A stretch of 64,000 bases of DNA. Origin: Thermoanaerobaculia bacterium. Its GTDB lineage: Bacteria; Acidobacteriota; Thermoanaerobaculia; Multivoradales; Multivoraceae. The position numbers and the translations under genes are program-made. The DNA lies in the NCBI GenBank assembly GCA_965214805.1, contig OZ243982.1, positions 2,748,088 through 2,812,087 on the forward strand. The letters are read 5' to 3'. Below, piece after piece: positions 29,937 through 39,686 of this stretch. The notes under the pieces are model-generated. The model made no database searches. It saw only the letters and a list, made by a program, of their open reading frames with translations, and had not been told where the DNA came from. Each line of letters opens with the position of its first letter. Positions within the stretch are counted from its first letter, which is position 1.

Positions 29937-30809
29937 CTACGCGACCACGGCGACGCCCTGACTCACCGCTTCCCGGCCTTCCGCGTTCAACACCCGGAAG
30001 GCGATCTGACGGGCGTCGTCGACATCGCCGGCGGGCGCGTGCTCCACGGTGATGGACCTGCCGGGGATGACCATGGCCCTGAATCGGCCGTGCAGGCGCT
30101 TCAGGCGGGCAGGGTCGCCGCCGCCGTGGGCTCCCAGGACCTCGCGTGCGGCAAGAGCCCAGGTGGCCGTGCCGTGGAGGATGATGTCCGGCAGGCCGGC
30201 ACGGAGCGCCGCCTCGCGCTCGGTGTGGATGGGGTTCCAGATCCGGGCGCACTCCGTGTAGACGTGGGGCATCTCGCGGGGCACGAAGATCTCGCTCCGA
30301 CTCGAGTCGGTTCCGTTCAGCCGGAGGCGCGGCGCCTCGGGCGCCCGTTCGAACTCGGTGTTCGTACCTTCGGTGTCGACGCCGCGGAAGATCGAGCGCG
30401 ACCAGGAGGTGACGACGGGCCGCCCGTCGCCGTCCACCGTTTCCAGGCAGGTGGTGAGCAGGGCGCCGGCGCGGGTGGCCCGGACGCCCGCGTAGCGGCC
30501 GCGGGTGGTGAGCGCGTCGCCGGGCCGGATCGGCCGGTGGAAACGGGAGTCCTGGCTGGCATGGACGCCCCGCGCCAGTTCGTCCGCGCCGGCGCCCAGG
30601 AGTTCGCCGCCCCGGCCGTTGCTGACCACCGGCCACTCCAGGGATACGCAGTACGTGGGCGGCGCGGCGATGCCCTCGGCGCGGGCGTCGTCGAACACGG
30701 GCGCGCCGGTGTCGCCGATGCCGGCAGCGTAGGCGAGCGCGTCGCGCACGGTGATCCGGCGCGTCGCGGATGGCAGTTCGCTGCCGGCGGCAGCGGTGGA
30801 GATCGGCAT
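29937..30809 (-). CDS. MaoC-like (R)-specific enoyl-CoA hydratase, double hot-dog (PhaJ/MFE-2 hydratase-2-like).
   Basis: ORF 29937..30809. MaoC dehydratase signature in the C-terminal hot-dog (…IWNPIHTEREAALRAGLPDIILHGTATWAL…). Confidence 0.8.
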   Translation of the reverse strand: MPISTAAAGSELPSATRRITVRDALAYAAGIGDTGAPVFDDARAEGIAAPPTYCVSLEWPVVSNGRGGELLGAGADELARGVHASQDSRFHRPIRPGDALTTRGRYAGVRATRAGALLTTCLETVDGDGRPVVTSWSRSIFRGVDTEGTNTEFERAPEAPRLRLNGTDSSRSEIFVPREMPHVYTECARIWNPIHTEREAALRAGLPDIILHGTATWALAAREVLGAHGGGDPARLKRLHGRFRAMVIPGRSITVEHAPAGDVDDARQIAFRVLNAEGREAVSQGVAVVA

Positions 30810-30848
30810 CGGGTGTTTCCGTATGCTGGAATCAGCCGGGCAGTCGGG

Positions 30849-31457
30849 TCAGCCGCCGGCGTCGCCTAGGCGCCGTTCCAGGTCCTGGAGGCGGTTCTTC
30901 AGTTCGTCGAGTTCGGCCCGGGCACTGTCGCCGCGGTCGTCTTGCTGCGATGCGGCAGTCTGCCTGGCATCCGTTGCAGCGGACGACTCCTGCCGCCTGC
31001 CGGCGCCGTCGCCCTGTTCGCCGAAGACGCCCTCGACCTGGCGCGTCATCTGCGCGTGCATCTGTTCGACGATCGCGCGCGGTTCCCAGAGCCGCATCCA
31101 GGACGGATCGGGCGCGAACGGGTTGCTTCTCACCGTCTCGCGCACGCGCTCGTAGATCTCGCCGGCGCTCCTGAGGTACCACTGGAAGAACTCGCGGCCG
31201 GCCTGGTCGCGGGCCCGCACCAGGTCGCGCAAGAACTCGAGCGGCGGCCCGCGGTCGGGGTCCCTGGCGCCGTCGACGATGATCTGGGTCAGCACGTGGC
31301 GGGTCACATCCTCGCCGGTCTTCGAATCGACCACCTGGATGTCGTGGCCGCTTCGCACCATCTCGGCGACGCCGTCGAGATTCACGTAGCAACTGTTGCG
31401 GGTGTCGTAGAGCCGCCGATTCTCGTACTTCCTGATGACGATGGGGTCGGTCATCAT
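30849..31457 (-). CDS. phaR: PHA synthesis repressor PhaR.
   Basis: Internal start MMTDPIVIRKYENRRLYDTRNSCYVNLDGVAEMVRSGHDIQVVDSKTGEDVTRHVLTQII, the canonical PhaR N-terminal DNA-binding domain. Confidence 0.8.
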   Translation of the reverse strand: MMTDPIVIRKYENRRLYDTRNSCYVNLDGVAEMVRSGHDIQVVDSKTGEDVTRHVLTQIIVDGARDPDRGPPLEFLRDLVRARDQAGREFFQWYLRSAGEIYERVRETVRSNPFAPDPSWMRLWEPRAIVEQMHAQMTRQVEGVFGEQGDGAGRRQESSAATDARQTAASQQDDRGDSARAELDELKNRLQDLERRLGDAGG

Positions 31458-31496
31458 GCGGGAGATCGTGCGGGAAACTGCGGGGGGATTGACACG

Positions 31497-31528
31497 GTGC
31501 AGCATGATATGCAGGATTCATGCTGCAC
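31497..31528. promoter_or_regulatory. Candidate PhaR operator: a perfect 11-bp inverted repeat GTGCAGCATGA-N10-TCATGCTGCAC in the phaR/phasin divergent intergenic region.
   Basis: Seen directly at 31497-31507 and 31518-31528. TGC/GCA-rich palindromes are the reported PhaR binding motif class. Confidence 0.4.
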
Positions 31529-31665
31529 TGCACAAGACGGGCGCTGTCACCGGACTTCGCCGTCGTCGAAGCAACCGTCGAATGCAGCCGCCGAACCGCC
31601 AGGCCGACCGGCCGAAACCACATCGACAATCCGAACTGCGGATCGTACCACTCGGGAGACTCGGA

Positions 31666-32028
31666 ATGACGACCAGCACGACAGCCAGCACCACGACCAG
31701 CACCGCCAGGAGCACTGCGAAGGGCCTCACCCAAGCCTGGCGCGGCCCGATGCTCGACGCCAACCGCCGCATGCTCGACTTCCAGAAGCGGGCGTTCGAC
31801 ACCACGTTCGACATGGTGGCGCGCGTGCAGGAGCGCCGCGAAGAGGCGATCGTCAACTGGGTCGAGAAGTCCGAACGGCTTCCCGCCGAGGCCGGCAGCC
31901 TGGTGCGCGAGTGGACCCGGCTGTTCCAGGACGGCCGCGGTTCCTACCGCGCCGCGGTGGATGCGAGCTTCGGCCTGGCCAACAGCTACCTCGACTCGCT
32001 CGCTCCGCGGCCGACGGAGGAGTCGTAG
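31666..32028 (+). CDS. Phasin-like / PHA granule-associated small protein (120 aa).
   Basis: GGGAGA ribosome-binding site then ATG at 31666. MTTSTTASTTTSTARSTAKGL...MLDANRRMLDFQKRAFDTTFDMVARVQERREE. It is the first gene of the phaEC operon, divergent from phaR. Confidence 0.45.
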   Translation: MTTSTTASTTTSTARSTAKGLTQAWRGPMLDANRRMLDFQKRAFDTTFDMVARVQERREEAIVNWVEKSERLPAEAGSLVREWTRLFQDGRGSYRAAVDASFGLANSYLDSLAPRPTEES

Positions 32029-32040
32029 AATCGACACGCC

Positions 32041-32589
32041 ATGACCGACGACCGTCATGCCGCCAGACCTCCGGGGTCTCCGTCGCCGCCGCCTGATCCA
32101 TTCGCCATGTGGCGCGAGTGGGTGACGCAGTCGGAGCACCAGCTGAACAGGATGTTCAACGACATGATGGGGACCGAAGAGTTCGCCCGGGCGTCCGGAA
32201 GCTGGGTCGAAGCGATGACGATGTTCCAGCAGACCGTGAACGAGAACGCCCGGCGCTACTTCCAGATGGCGGGCGTGCCGACACGGACGGACGTCGGCGA
32301 GCTCGCCGAGCGCCTTGTGGCGGTGGAGGAGCGGCTGCAGCGGATCGAGGCGCTGCTCGCGGCCGCCGTGGGCCGCAGGAACGTGCCGGGCGTGCAGGAC
32401 CAGCTTGCCCGCCCGGCCCGGACCCGCCGTCCGCCTTCCGAACGCCGGGCGGCGGAGCAGCCCGAACGGCAGTCCGAACCCGGGACCGCCGCCGAGCTGG
32501 CCGACGCCGCAGCGCCCGAAGCGGTTGCCGCGTCCCGCAGGACGTCCGGAATTCAGACGTCCGGCAGGACCCGGGCCGAGAGCGAATGA
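32041..32589 (+). CDS. phaE: PHA synthase class III subunit PhaE-like protein.
   Basis: ORF 32041..32589. MWREWVTQSEHQLNRMFNDMMGTEEF...GVPTRTDVGELAERLVAVEERLQRIEALL resembles the PhaE family. Its stop overlaps the phaC ATG (ATGA). Confidence 0.55.
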   Translation: MTDDRHAARPPGSPSPPPDPFAMWREWVTQSEHQLNRMFNDMMGTEEFARASGSWVEAMTMFQQTVNENARRYFQMAGVPTRTDVGELAERLVAVEERLQRIEALLAAAVGRRNVPGVQDQLARPARTRRPPSERRAAEQPERQSEPGTAAELADAAAPEAVAASRRTSGIQTSGRTRAESE

Positions 32590-33776
32590 CGACCGCGACC
32601 GGCACTGCCGCCGCCGCGGCGACGCCCGGAGGCCAGCCGCTCCGGTCGGGAAACCCGTTGTCGTCGGGGAGCCCGTTGCCCCTGGACGTGGCCGGGACCC
32701 TCGACATGGCCGCGGTCGCCGACAGCGTTCGGCGCGAGGTGGAGCGCGCGTTCCGGCGCGGCGTCAAGGGTCTGGAGTACATCCGCACGGGCGATCCCGG
32801 CGTCGGCCTGACGCCCAGGGACGTCGTTCACGGCCGCGGCACCCTGCGCCTGTACCACTACCGGGCCCGGGTGGACGAGGTCTACCGGACACCGGTGCTG
32901 CTGGTCATGTCGCTGATCAGCAAGCCGTACATCCTCGATCTGGCGCCCGGCCAGAGCCTGATCGAGTTTCTGCTTGACCGCGGCTTCGACGTCTACATGA
33001 TCGACTGGGGCACACCCCGGCCGGAGGACAAGCGGCTCCGGCTCGAGGACTACGTGCTCGACTTCATTCCGGAGTGCGTCGAAGCCGTCCATGAGCGCAG
33101 CGGCGAGCCCGACGTGTCCATCGCCGGCTACTGCATGGGCGGCCTCCTGGCGGCGCTGTACGCGGCGCTTCATCCCGACGCGGCCTCCGGCGGCCGGCTC
33201 CGCAACCTGGCCTGCTTCACCACGCCGGTGAACTACGACGGCATGGGCCTGTTCAGGACCTGGACCGACCCGGACCACTTCGATGTGGACCGGATCGTCG
33301 ATCGACTGGGCAACGTGCCGCCGCAGATGCTCTACGCGTCGTTCAACCTCTTGCGGCCGGCGTCCCGGATCGCTGGCCGGGTGCGCCTCTGGGACAACAT
33401 GTGGAATGACGAGTTCGTCGTCTCCTACCGCCGGCTCCAGCGCTGGGCCGCGGATCAGATTCCCTTCCCGGGCGAGTGCTTCCGCCAGACGACGAAGGAA
33501 CTGCAGCAGCAGAACCTCCTGATGAAGGGCGAGTTCCGGCTCGGCGGCCGCCTGGTCGACCTGTCGAACATCCGCGTTCCCTTCGTCCACGTCGTGGCGG
33601 AGCACGATCACATCGTGCCGTACGAGGCGGCGCGGGACTTGGTGGGGATGGTCGGCGCCGAGGACAAGGAGGAGATCATGCTGAAGGGCGGCCACGTCAG
33701 CCTGGTGGCGGGGAAGAACGCGGTGCGCCGCCTCTGGCCGCGGCTCGAGCGATGGCTGGCCGAGCGGTCGGTGTAA
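32586..33776 (+). CDS. phaC: PHA synthase catalytic subunit, class III-type PhaC (about 397 aa).
   Basis: Internal ATG at 32586. Alpha/beta-hydrolase with the lipase box GYCMGG, plus ...VVAEHDHIVP....KGGHVS, typical of short PhaC. Confidence 0.85.
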   Translation: MTTATGTAAAAATPGGQPLRSGNPLSSGSPLPLDVAGTLDMAAVADSVRREVERAFRRGVKGLEYIRTGDPGVGLTPRDVVHGRGTLRLYHYRARVDEVYRTPVLLVMSLISKPYILDLAPGQSLIEFLLDRGFDVYMIDWGTPRPEDKRLRLEDYVLDFIPECVEAVHERSGEPDVSIAGYCMGGLLAALYAALHPDAASGGRLRNLACFTTPVNYDGMGLFRTWTDPDHFDVDRIVDRLGNVPPQMLYASFNLLRPASRIAGRVRLWDNMWNDEFVVSYRRLQRWAADQIPFPGECFRQTTKELQQQNLLMKGEFRLGGRLVDLSNIRVPFVHVVAEHDHIVPYEAARDLVGMVGAEDKEEIMLKGGHVSLVAGKNAVRRLWPRLERWLAERSV

Positions 33777-33789
33777 GGGGCTCGCAACG

Positions 33790-34389
33790 ATGACGGAATC
33801 CGGCTCTGCCACCGGCCGCGTGGCGATCAGGCTCGGCGCGATCGACCTCACCGTGCGGCCCATGCGCGCAGACGACCGCACCGCGTTGCTGGCGTTTGCC
33901 GACGGCCTGCCGGACCACGACCTGCTGTTCCTGCGCCGCGACATCCGGGACGCCGAGGTCGTGGACGAGTGGATCGCCGACGTCGAGTCGGGCCGGATGG
34001 AGACCCTGCTGGCCCTGGCCGACGACGAACTGCTTGGCTACGCCTCGATCGACCGCAGTCAACTGCAGTGGTCCTCCCACGTGGCCGAGATCCGGGTCGT
34101 CATCTCCGAGGATGCTCGTGGCAAGGGCCTGGGCCGGCTGCTGGTGGAGCAGGCATTTCAGGCGGCGGTCGCGTCGGGGATCGAGAAGCTCGTGGCCCGG
34201 ATGACGCCGGACCAGAAGGGTGCGGTCGCCGCCTTCGAAGGGCTGGGCTTTCGCCCTGAGGGGCTGATGCGCAACCACGTGCGCGACCTCGCCGGCCAGA
34301 AGCACGATCTCCTCGTCATGGGACTTGACGTGGTGGCCTTCCATTCCACGCTCGAGAGCTACGGCGTCGGTGAACCCTCCGCGGGTTGA
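33790..34389 (+). CDS. GNAT family N-acetyltransferase, directly downstream of phaC and a paralog of 12704..13363.
   Basis: ORF 33790..34389. Shares the conserved core with the other GNAT (LQWSSHVAEIRVVISEDARGKGLGRLLVEQAF). Confidence 0.7.
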   Translation: MTESGSATGRVAIRLGAIDLTVRPMRADDRTALLAFADGLPDHDLLFLRRDIRDAEVVDEWIADVESGRMETLLALADDELLGYASIDRSQLQWSSHVAEIRVVISEDARGKGLGRLLVEQAFQAAVASGIEKLVARMTPDQKGAVAAFEGLGFRPEGLMRNHVRDLAGQKHDLLVMGLDVVAFHSTLESYGVGEPSAG

Positions 34390-34419
34390 GAGAATTCAGG
34401 AGTCGAGGAGAAGGAGCCC

Positions 34420-35958
34420 ATGCAAGACAACGTCGGACTGATCCTGGCCAAGCGCGCCTCCCTGTCGCCGGACATGGAGGGCTTCGTCGACGTGGAAACG
34501 GAGCGTCGCTTCACCTTCGCCGAGTGGAACCTGCGCTCGAACCGGACGGCCAATGCGCTCCGCGAACTGGGCGTCGGCAAGGGCGACCGCGTTGCGCTGC
34601 TGCTGATGAACAGCGTCGAGTACATGGAGACCTTCTTCGCGATCGCCAGGATCGGCGCCGTCTGCGTGCCGCTCAACTGGCGGCTGACGCCCGAGGAACT
34701 CTCCTTCATCATCCGCGACGCGGGCGCCGGGACGCTGGTCTTCGGCGACGAGTTCCGGGTCCAGGCGCTGGACCTGATCGCACGCGGCGGCGGCGAGAAC
34801 GGCACCAGCGTGACGCGGTGGGTGCACGTCGGCCCGGACGAACAGCGGCCGGACGGTTGCCTGTCCTACCTCGACGCGACCACGGCCGCGAGCGACGCGG
34901 AACCCGAGGTTGCGGCCCGTGACAGCGACCTGCTCTACATCATGTACACCTCGGGGACGACCGGGCTGCCCAAGGGCGCAGTCCACACGCACGAGTCCGC
35001 GCTGTGGGCGGGGCTGACGATCATGGCGACCGCGGACATCCGCTACAACGACCGTTTCCTCATCTCCCTGCCGCTGTTCCACGTCGGCGCTCTGACTCCC
35101 GCCGCGGGCAACGTCCACCGGGGCAGCACCAGCATCGTCATGCGGGCGTTCGACCCGGTCCGCGCCTGGCAGCTGATCGACGAAGAGAACATCGACGTCA
35201 TGCTGAAGGTGCCGGCGATGCTCAACTTCATGCTCCAGGCCTACGACCCGAAGCGTTGCCGGCACGACCGGCTCCGCTGGTGCATGAGCGGCGCCGCGCC
35301 CGTGCCCGTCAGCCTGATCGAGGCCTACGACAGGCTGGGCATCGAGATCCACCAGGTCTACGGCCTGACAGAGACCTGCGGCCCCGCCTGCCTGATCTCG
35401 CCCGAAGACGCGATCCGCAAGGCCGGCTCCACGGGCAAGGCCTTCTTCCACACTTCCGTGCGCGTCGTCGACAACGACGGTGCCGACTGCGCCCCGGGTG
35501 AAGCGGGCGAGGTGCTGGTCGCCGGCCGCCACCTGATGAAGGAGTACTGGAACCGCCCGGAGGCCACCGCCGAGACGATCGTGGACGGCTGGCTCCGCAC
35601 CGGCGACGGCGCGGTGATGGACGAGGACGGCTTCGTGTACATCCAGGACCGGCTCAAGGACATGATCATCTCCGGCGGCGAGAACGTCTATCCCGCGGAG
35701 CTCGAAGAGGTCATCGTCCGTCATCCCAAGGTGCTCGAGGTCGGCGTCATCGGCCGCGAGAGCGAGAAGTGGGGCGAGTCCCCGGTGGCCGTCGTCGTCC
35801 GCTCCGACGAGAGCCTCCAGGGCGAGGAGATCCTCGAGTTCTGCCAGGACAAGCTGGCGCGCTTCAAGCAGCCGGTAGCGGTCCACTTCATCGACTCGTT
35901 GCCGCGCAACCCGTCCGGGAAGCTCCTGAAGCGGCTGCTGCGGGAGCGGTTCAACTGA
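34420..35958 (+). CDS. AMP-dependent acyl-CoA synthetase/ligase (FadD-like).
   Basis: ORF 34420..35958. AMP-binding motif YTSGTTGLPKGAV, with YGLTE and GWLRTGD motifs. Confidence 0.85.
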   Translation: MQDNVGLILAKRASLSPDMEGFVDVETERRFTFAEWNLRSNRTANALRELGVGKGDRVALLLMNSVEYMETFFAIARIGAVCVPLNWRLTPEELSFIIRDAGAGTLVFGDEFRVQALDLIARGGGENGTSVTRWVHVGPDEQRPDGCLSYLDATTAASDAEPEVAARDSDLLYIMYTSGTTGLPKGAVHTHESALWAGLTIMATADIRYNDRFLISLPLFHVGALTPAAGNVHRGSTSIVMRAFDPVRAWQLIDEENIDVMLKVPAMLNFMLQAYDPKRCRHDRLRWCMSGAAPVPVSLIEAYDRLGIEIHQVYGLTETCGPACLISPEDAIRKAGSTGKAFFHTSVRVVDNDGADCAPGEAGEVLVAGRHLMKEYWNRPEATAETIVDGWLRTGDGAVMDEDGFVYIQDRLKDMIISGGENVYPAELEEVIVRHPKVLEVGVIGRESEKWGESPVAVVVRSDESLQGEEILEFCQDKLARFKQPVAVHFIDSLPRNPSGKLLKRLLRERFN

Positions 35959-36136
35959 GCCGGCGTCGCCGGGGATATCCGGGCACTCGAGCGGCGCCCG
36001 CGCGCAGCCTGCCGACACGCCTCCAGCAGCGAGCCGCGCGACGGTTGACGCCGAGGGAAACCGCGCAGAAGACCATCGGCCGAGTCCCGGAAGGCGCGGT
36101 CGAGGCAACCGACGGCAAGATCGCCTGATCTGTCGG

Positions 36137-38230
36137 ATGGACCCGCACATCTCGAGCGGCGAGCCGTTGGTCGACGGGTGTCGAGCGCATCGTGGGGCAG
36201 CGCATCGTGGAGTCGAGGGCGCCTCGCCGACGGACCAACCCGCGGACCCGTTGCCGCGAAACGGTCTCGTCCTGCTGTGGGCAGTCAGAATCGGTATCGC
36301 CCTCGTCCTGCTGACGCCTCTTGTCGTCAGGCTGGACCTGGTCTTTCCGTGGGTCGTTGGCAAGTCCCTGTTCGCCCGCTCGATCATCGAGATCGCCTTC
36401 GCGTTCTGGGCTGCGCTCGTTCTCCTTCATCGCCGGTACCGTCCGTCCCGGTCCTGGGTGCTCGCCGCGTTCGCCGTCTGGCTGCTCGTCTCGTGCCTCG
36501 CGGCCGTGTTCGGAGTCAGCCCCGGGAGAAGCATGTGGTCCACCTACGAGCGCATGCAGGGCGTATTCGACCTCTTCCACTGGTTCGCGTTCACGCTCAT
36601 GGCCCGGTCCGTGCTGAGGAACGCCGGCGACTGGCGGCTGCTCCTGGGCGTCAACCTCGTGTCGGGCGCCGCGGTATGCGCCCTGAGTCTGGTCGATCAT
36701 CACGGCCTGATCGACGCGGCGTTTCTGGGGGGCGGCCCGGAACCCAGACTGCGTTCCACGCTCGGCAATCCCCTGTACCTGGGCCCGTACGTGACGCTCA
36801 ACGCGCTGCTCGGCGCCGCACTCTTCGTTCAGGCTCTTGCACGGCCTGCCGGCCCGGTCGTTCGCAGCATCGGACGCGCCGCCGCCGCCGGCCTGTACGC
36901 GCTCATCGTGCTGGTCAACCTCTGGACGATGTGGTTGTCGGGCACGAGGACTGCGATAGCCGGCTTGGGCGCCGCGTCCCTGGTACTTGCCGTCTTCGCC
37001 GTGCGGAGCGGCGTGAGGCACGCCCGACGGGTCGAGGCGCGGCGGATCGTGGTCTTCGTCGTCGTCCTGATCGTGTCCGCCGTCGTTCTTGTGGGTGTCG
37101 CGACGACGACGACGATCCTCGAGGAGGTCGTCGAGTCGAGCGTCATGCTGCAGAGGATGTCGAACATCGGCCAGAACGTCAGCGCCCGAGGGCGCATCGA
37201 TTTCGCCGCGGCGGGAATGCGGGCGTTTCTGGACCGACCGCTGTTCGGGTGGGGCCCCGAGAACTTCCTCATGGCATGGGGACGGCACAACAACGCCTCT
37301 GCCGTCGTCAGCGACCAGGTTCACAACAAGCCGGTTGAAGAGCTGGCCACCAAGGGCATCGTGGGATTGCTGTCGTATCTTGCGCTCTGGGCGGCCATGA
37401 TGTCCGCGGTGTTCCTCTCGCTTCGAGGCCTGTCAGGCCGCGGCTGGTGCCGCGGCTGGTACCTGTGCCTCATCGGCGCCGCGCTCGTTGCCGGCTTCGT
37501 CGTCAACCTCTTCCAGATCGAGAATCCGGTGTCGATGATGCAGTTCTCGCTCCTCGCCGCACTTGCGGCGTCGGTCGAAGCGTCGCGGCGGTCCCGCAGA
37601 CGCGTCCGCGGCGCCGACCCCTCGGGCATGACCGACTCCTCGAGGCTGCTGGCCTCGGGTTTGCCGGCAGCGCTGCGCACCTCGCTAGTTCGGTTTGCAG
37701 GGCTGCTGCCACGGGCCGCTGCCAGGCCTGCGAGAGTCGGGTCTGCCCTCGTCGCTGTGCTGGCGATATTCTTGCTCGTGCACCTGAACGTGCGCACCGC
37801 CGCCGCCGCCGCCGCCGCGTCGCGGGCCATCACGCCGTCCCGGCCGTGGTCGGAGCGGCTGGATGACTTCACTCGGTCCATCGGCGGGTTTCCCGCCCTC
37901 GGGAACAACGCTCGCGAGTTTCTTCTCGAAGCAGCCGCCTTGAGTCTCGGCGACATGTCTGAAGAGGAATTCCAGCGCACGGTCGAGCTTGTCGCGCTGG
38001 AGCTCGAGCGCGGTTCCGCCAGGGAACCGCAGAACTGGCTGCTGCAGGCCAGGGCGGTGATCTTCTACCAGTTGGCCACCACGCGAGACAGGGAGTACGT
38101 GGAGGTTGCCAGACGACATGTCGACCGGGCTGCCGAGCTGGCGCCCCGACTTCAGCTGGTCACCCGCCTGGTCAACGCCCAGGAAACTCTCGAGGCGGGC
38201 GGCCGCCTGGCCCCGGTTTCGCCCGACTGA
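36137..38230 (+). CDS. O-antigen ligase-family (Wzy_C domain) polytopic membrane protein with a C-terminal TPR-like soluble extension. Possibly an O-oligosaccharyltransferase.
   Basis: ORF 36137..38230. Multiple TM helices. Wzy_C-like loop ...WLSGTRTAIAGLG.... An approximately 200-aa helical C-terminal domain. Confidence 0.7.
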   Translation: MDPHISSGEPLVDGCRAHRGAAHRGVEGASPTDQPADPLPRNGLVLLWAVRIGIALVLLTPLVVRLDLVFPWVVGKSLFARSIIEIAFAFWAALVLLHRRYRPSRSWVLAAFAVWLLVSCLAAVFGVSPGRSMWSTYERMQGVFDLFHWFAFTLMARSVLRNAGDWRLLLGVNLVSGAAVCALSLVDHHGLIDAAFLGGGPEPRLRSTLGNPLYLGPYVTLNALLGAALFVQALARPAGPVVRSIGRAAAAGLYALIVLVNLWTMWLSGTRTAIAGLGAASLVLAVFAVRSGVRHARRVEARRIVVFVVVLIVSAVVLVGVATTTTILEEVVESSVMLQRMSNIGQNVSARGRIDFAAAGMRAFLDRPLFGWGPENFLMAWGRHNNASAVVSDQVHNKPVEELATKGIVGLLSYLALWAAMMSAVFLSLRGLSGRGWCRGWYLCLIGAALVAGFVVNLFQIENPVSMMQFSLLAALAASVEASRRSRRRVRGADPSGMTDSSRLLASGLPAALRTSLVRFAGLLPRAAARPARVGSALVAVLAIFLLVHLNVRTAAAAAAASRAITPSRPWSERLDDFTRSIGGFPALGNNAREFLLEAAALSLGDMSEEEFQRTVELVALELERGSAREPQNWLLQARAVIFYQLATTRDREYVEVARRHVDRAAELAPRLQLVTRLVNAQETLEAGGRLAPVSPD

Positions 38231-38239
38231 ACAGAGGGG

Positions 38240-39610
38240 CTACCGCCTGCTCATCGTGAGAATCGCCCAGGCAGTATGCAAGCCGATCAGCAGATCGAAT
38301 GCCAGGCTGGCGTGCTTGATGTAGTAGAGGTCGTACTCCAGCTTGGTGATCGCGTCCTCCGTCGAGCGCCCGTACGAGTACCGGGTCTGGGCCCATCCGG
38401 TCAGTCCGGGGCGCACCGCGCACCGCTTCGCGTAGTGGGGGATGTCGCGTTCGAGTTCGTCGGCGAACTCCGGCCGCTCCGGGCGCGGGCCGACCAGGCT
38501 CATCTCCCCCTTCAGCACGTTCCAGAACTGCGGCAGTTCGTCGAGGCGGAATCGGCGCAGGAATCGGCCGAAGCTGCTCACCCGGTGATCGCGTTTCATC
38601 GCCCATTGCGGCCCGTGACGTTCTGCGTCGTTTCCCATCGTCCTGAACTTCACGAGCTGGAACGGCCGCCCCGCGAGCCCTACACGCCGCTGAAAGAAGA
38701 GGATCGGCCGCCCCACGTCCAGCCAGATGGCGGGAGCGAGCACGGGCAGCAGCAGCAGGACTGCAGAGCAGCCGACGACGCCGGCAACGATGTCCAGCGT
38801 CCGCTTTGCCAGCGAGGACAGATCGCCGGCCCCGCTGCCGGCGAACCCGAGTTCGGCGGCGGATCCCAGGTGCCGAATCGGAATGCGCTGCAAGAGCTGC
38901 TCATAGACCGTCTGCGCCTCCAGAACGTCGATGCGGCGCTTGCGGGCGTTCCCGATGGCCTGAATCAGCGCCGGCGTCAGCGGCCCGTCGTGGGCCAGGA
39001 TCAGCTCGGACACGCGCCGCTCCGCGATGAGCCGTTCCAGGCCGTCCATGCCCATGATGGGCAACCCGTTCGCGTCCCCCTCCGGGCGTCGATCGCTGAT
39101 GAAGGCCAGCACCCGACCATGCGGCGTCCTGGTCCGCAGAACGTCCGCGATGACGCGCGCCGTCGCTCCGGCGCCCACGATCACGACGCGATGCGGGGGC
39201 CATGCCTTCACGGCCACCCGAATGAAGACGAATCGCCACGCCATCGTCATCGAGAACGCGAGCGCCGCGAAGTACACGACGACGAGCCGCGGCAGCAGTC
39301 CCCGCGGCGCGGCGAAGAAGACGAGGGCATAGAGCAGGCTGACGACGACTGCGGTGTGCGCCGCGACCACTGCGCTGTCCCACGGGATCCACATCAGGGC
39401 CGGCCGTCGCGCCGGCCGCAGCAGGAGCGTCCACGGAACGACCAGCAGGAACCACGCCGCGTGCTCCGTGACGTATGTCCAGGTGAATGGACCGTCCGCC
39501 GCGATGCTCCACAGCAGGAGCGCGCCCGCCATTCCGCACGCGGCGGCCGTGACGTCCCCCAGGCACAGCAGGCGCGAGAGAGCGGAGCGTCCGAACAGCC
39601 TGCGGATCAC
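38240..39610 (-). CDS. Undecaprenyl-phosphate hexose-1-phosphate transferase (WbaP/WcaJ-type polyprenyl glycosylphosphotransferase).
   Basis: ORF 38240..39610. CoA-binding-like middle domain (VVIVGAGATARVIADVL). C-terminal sugar-transferase motifs (PILFFQRRVGLAGRPFQLVKFRTM...DELPQFWNVLKGEMSLVGPRP). Confidence 0.85.
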   Translation of the reverse strand: MIRRLFGRSALSRLLCLGDVTAAACGMAGALLLWSIAADGPFTWTYVTEHAAWFLLVVPWTLLLRPARRPALMWIPWDSAVVAAHTAVVVSLLYALVFFAAPRGLLPRLVVVYFAALAFSMTMAWRFVFIRVAVKAWPPHRVVIVGAGATARVIADVLRTRTPHGRVLAFISDRRPEGDANGLPIMGMDGLERLIAERRVSELILAHDGPLTPALIQAIGNARKRRIDVLEAQTVYEQLLQRIPIRHLGSAAELGFAGSGAGDLSSLAKRTLDIVAGVVGCSAVLLLLPVLAPAIWLDVGRPILFFQRRVGLAGRPFQLVKFRTMGNDAERHGPQWAMKRDHRVSSFGRFLRRFRLDELPQFWNVLKGEMSLVGPRPERPEFADELERDIPHYAKRCAVRPGLTGWAQTRYSYGRSTEDAITKLEYDLYYIKHASLAFDLLIGLHTAWAILTMSRR

Positions 39611-39686
39611 GCGGTTCCTGCCGGCGGTGTCGGCAGGAACCGCGCCCGCTCGATGCCACGAACCGGATGGGCCAGCAGCACAAGGG

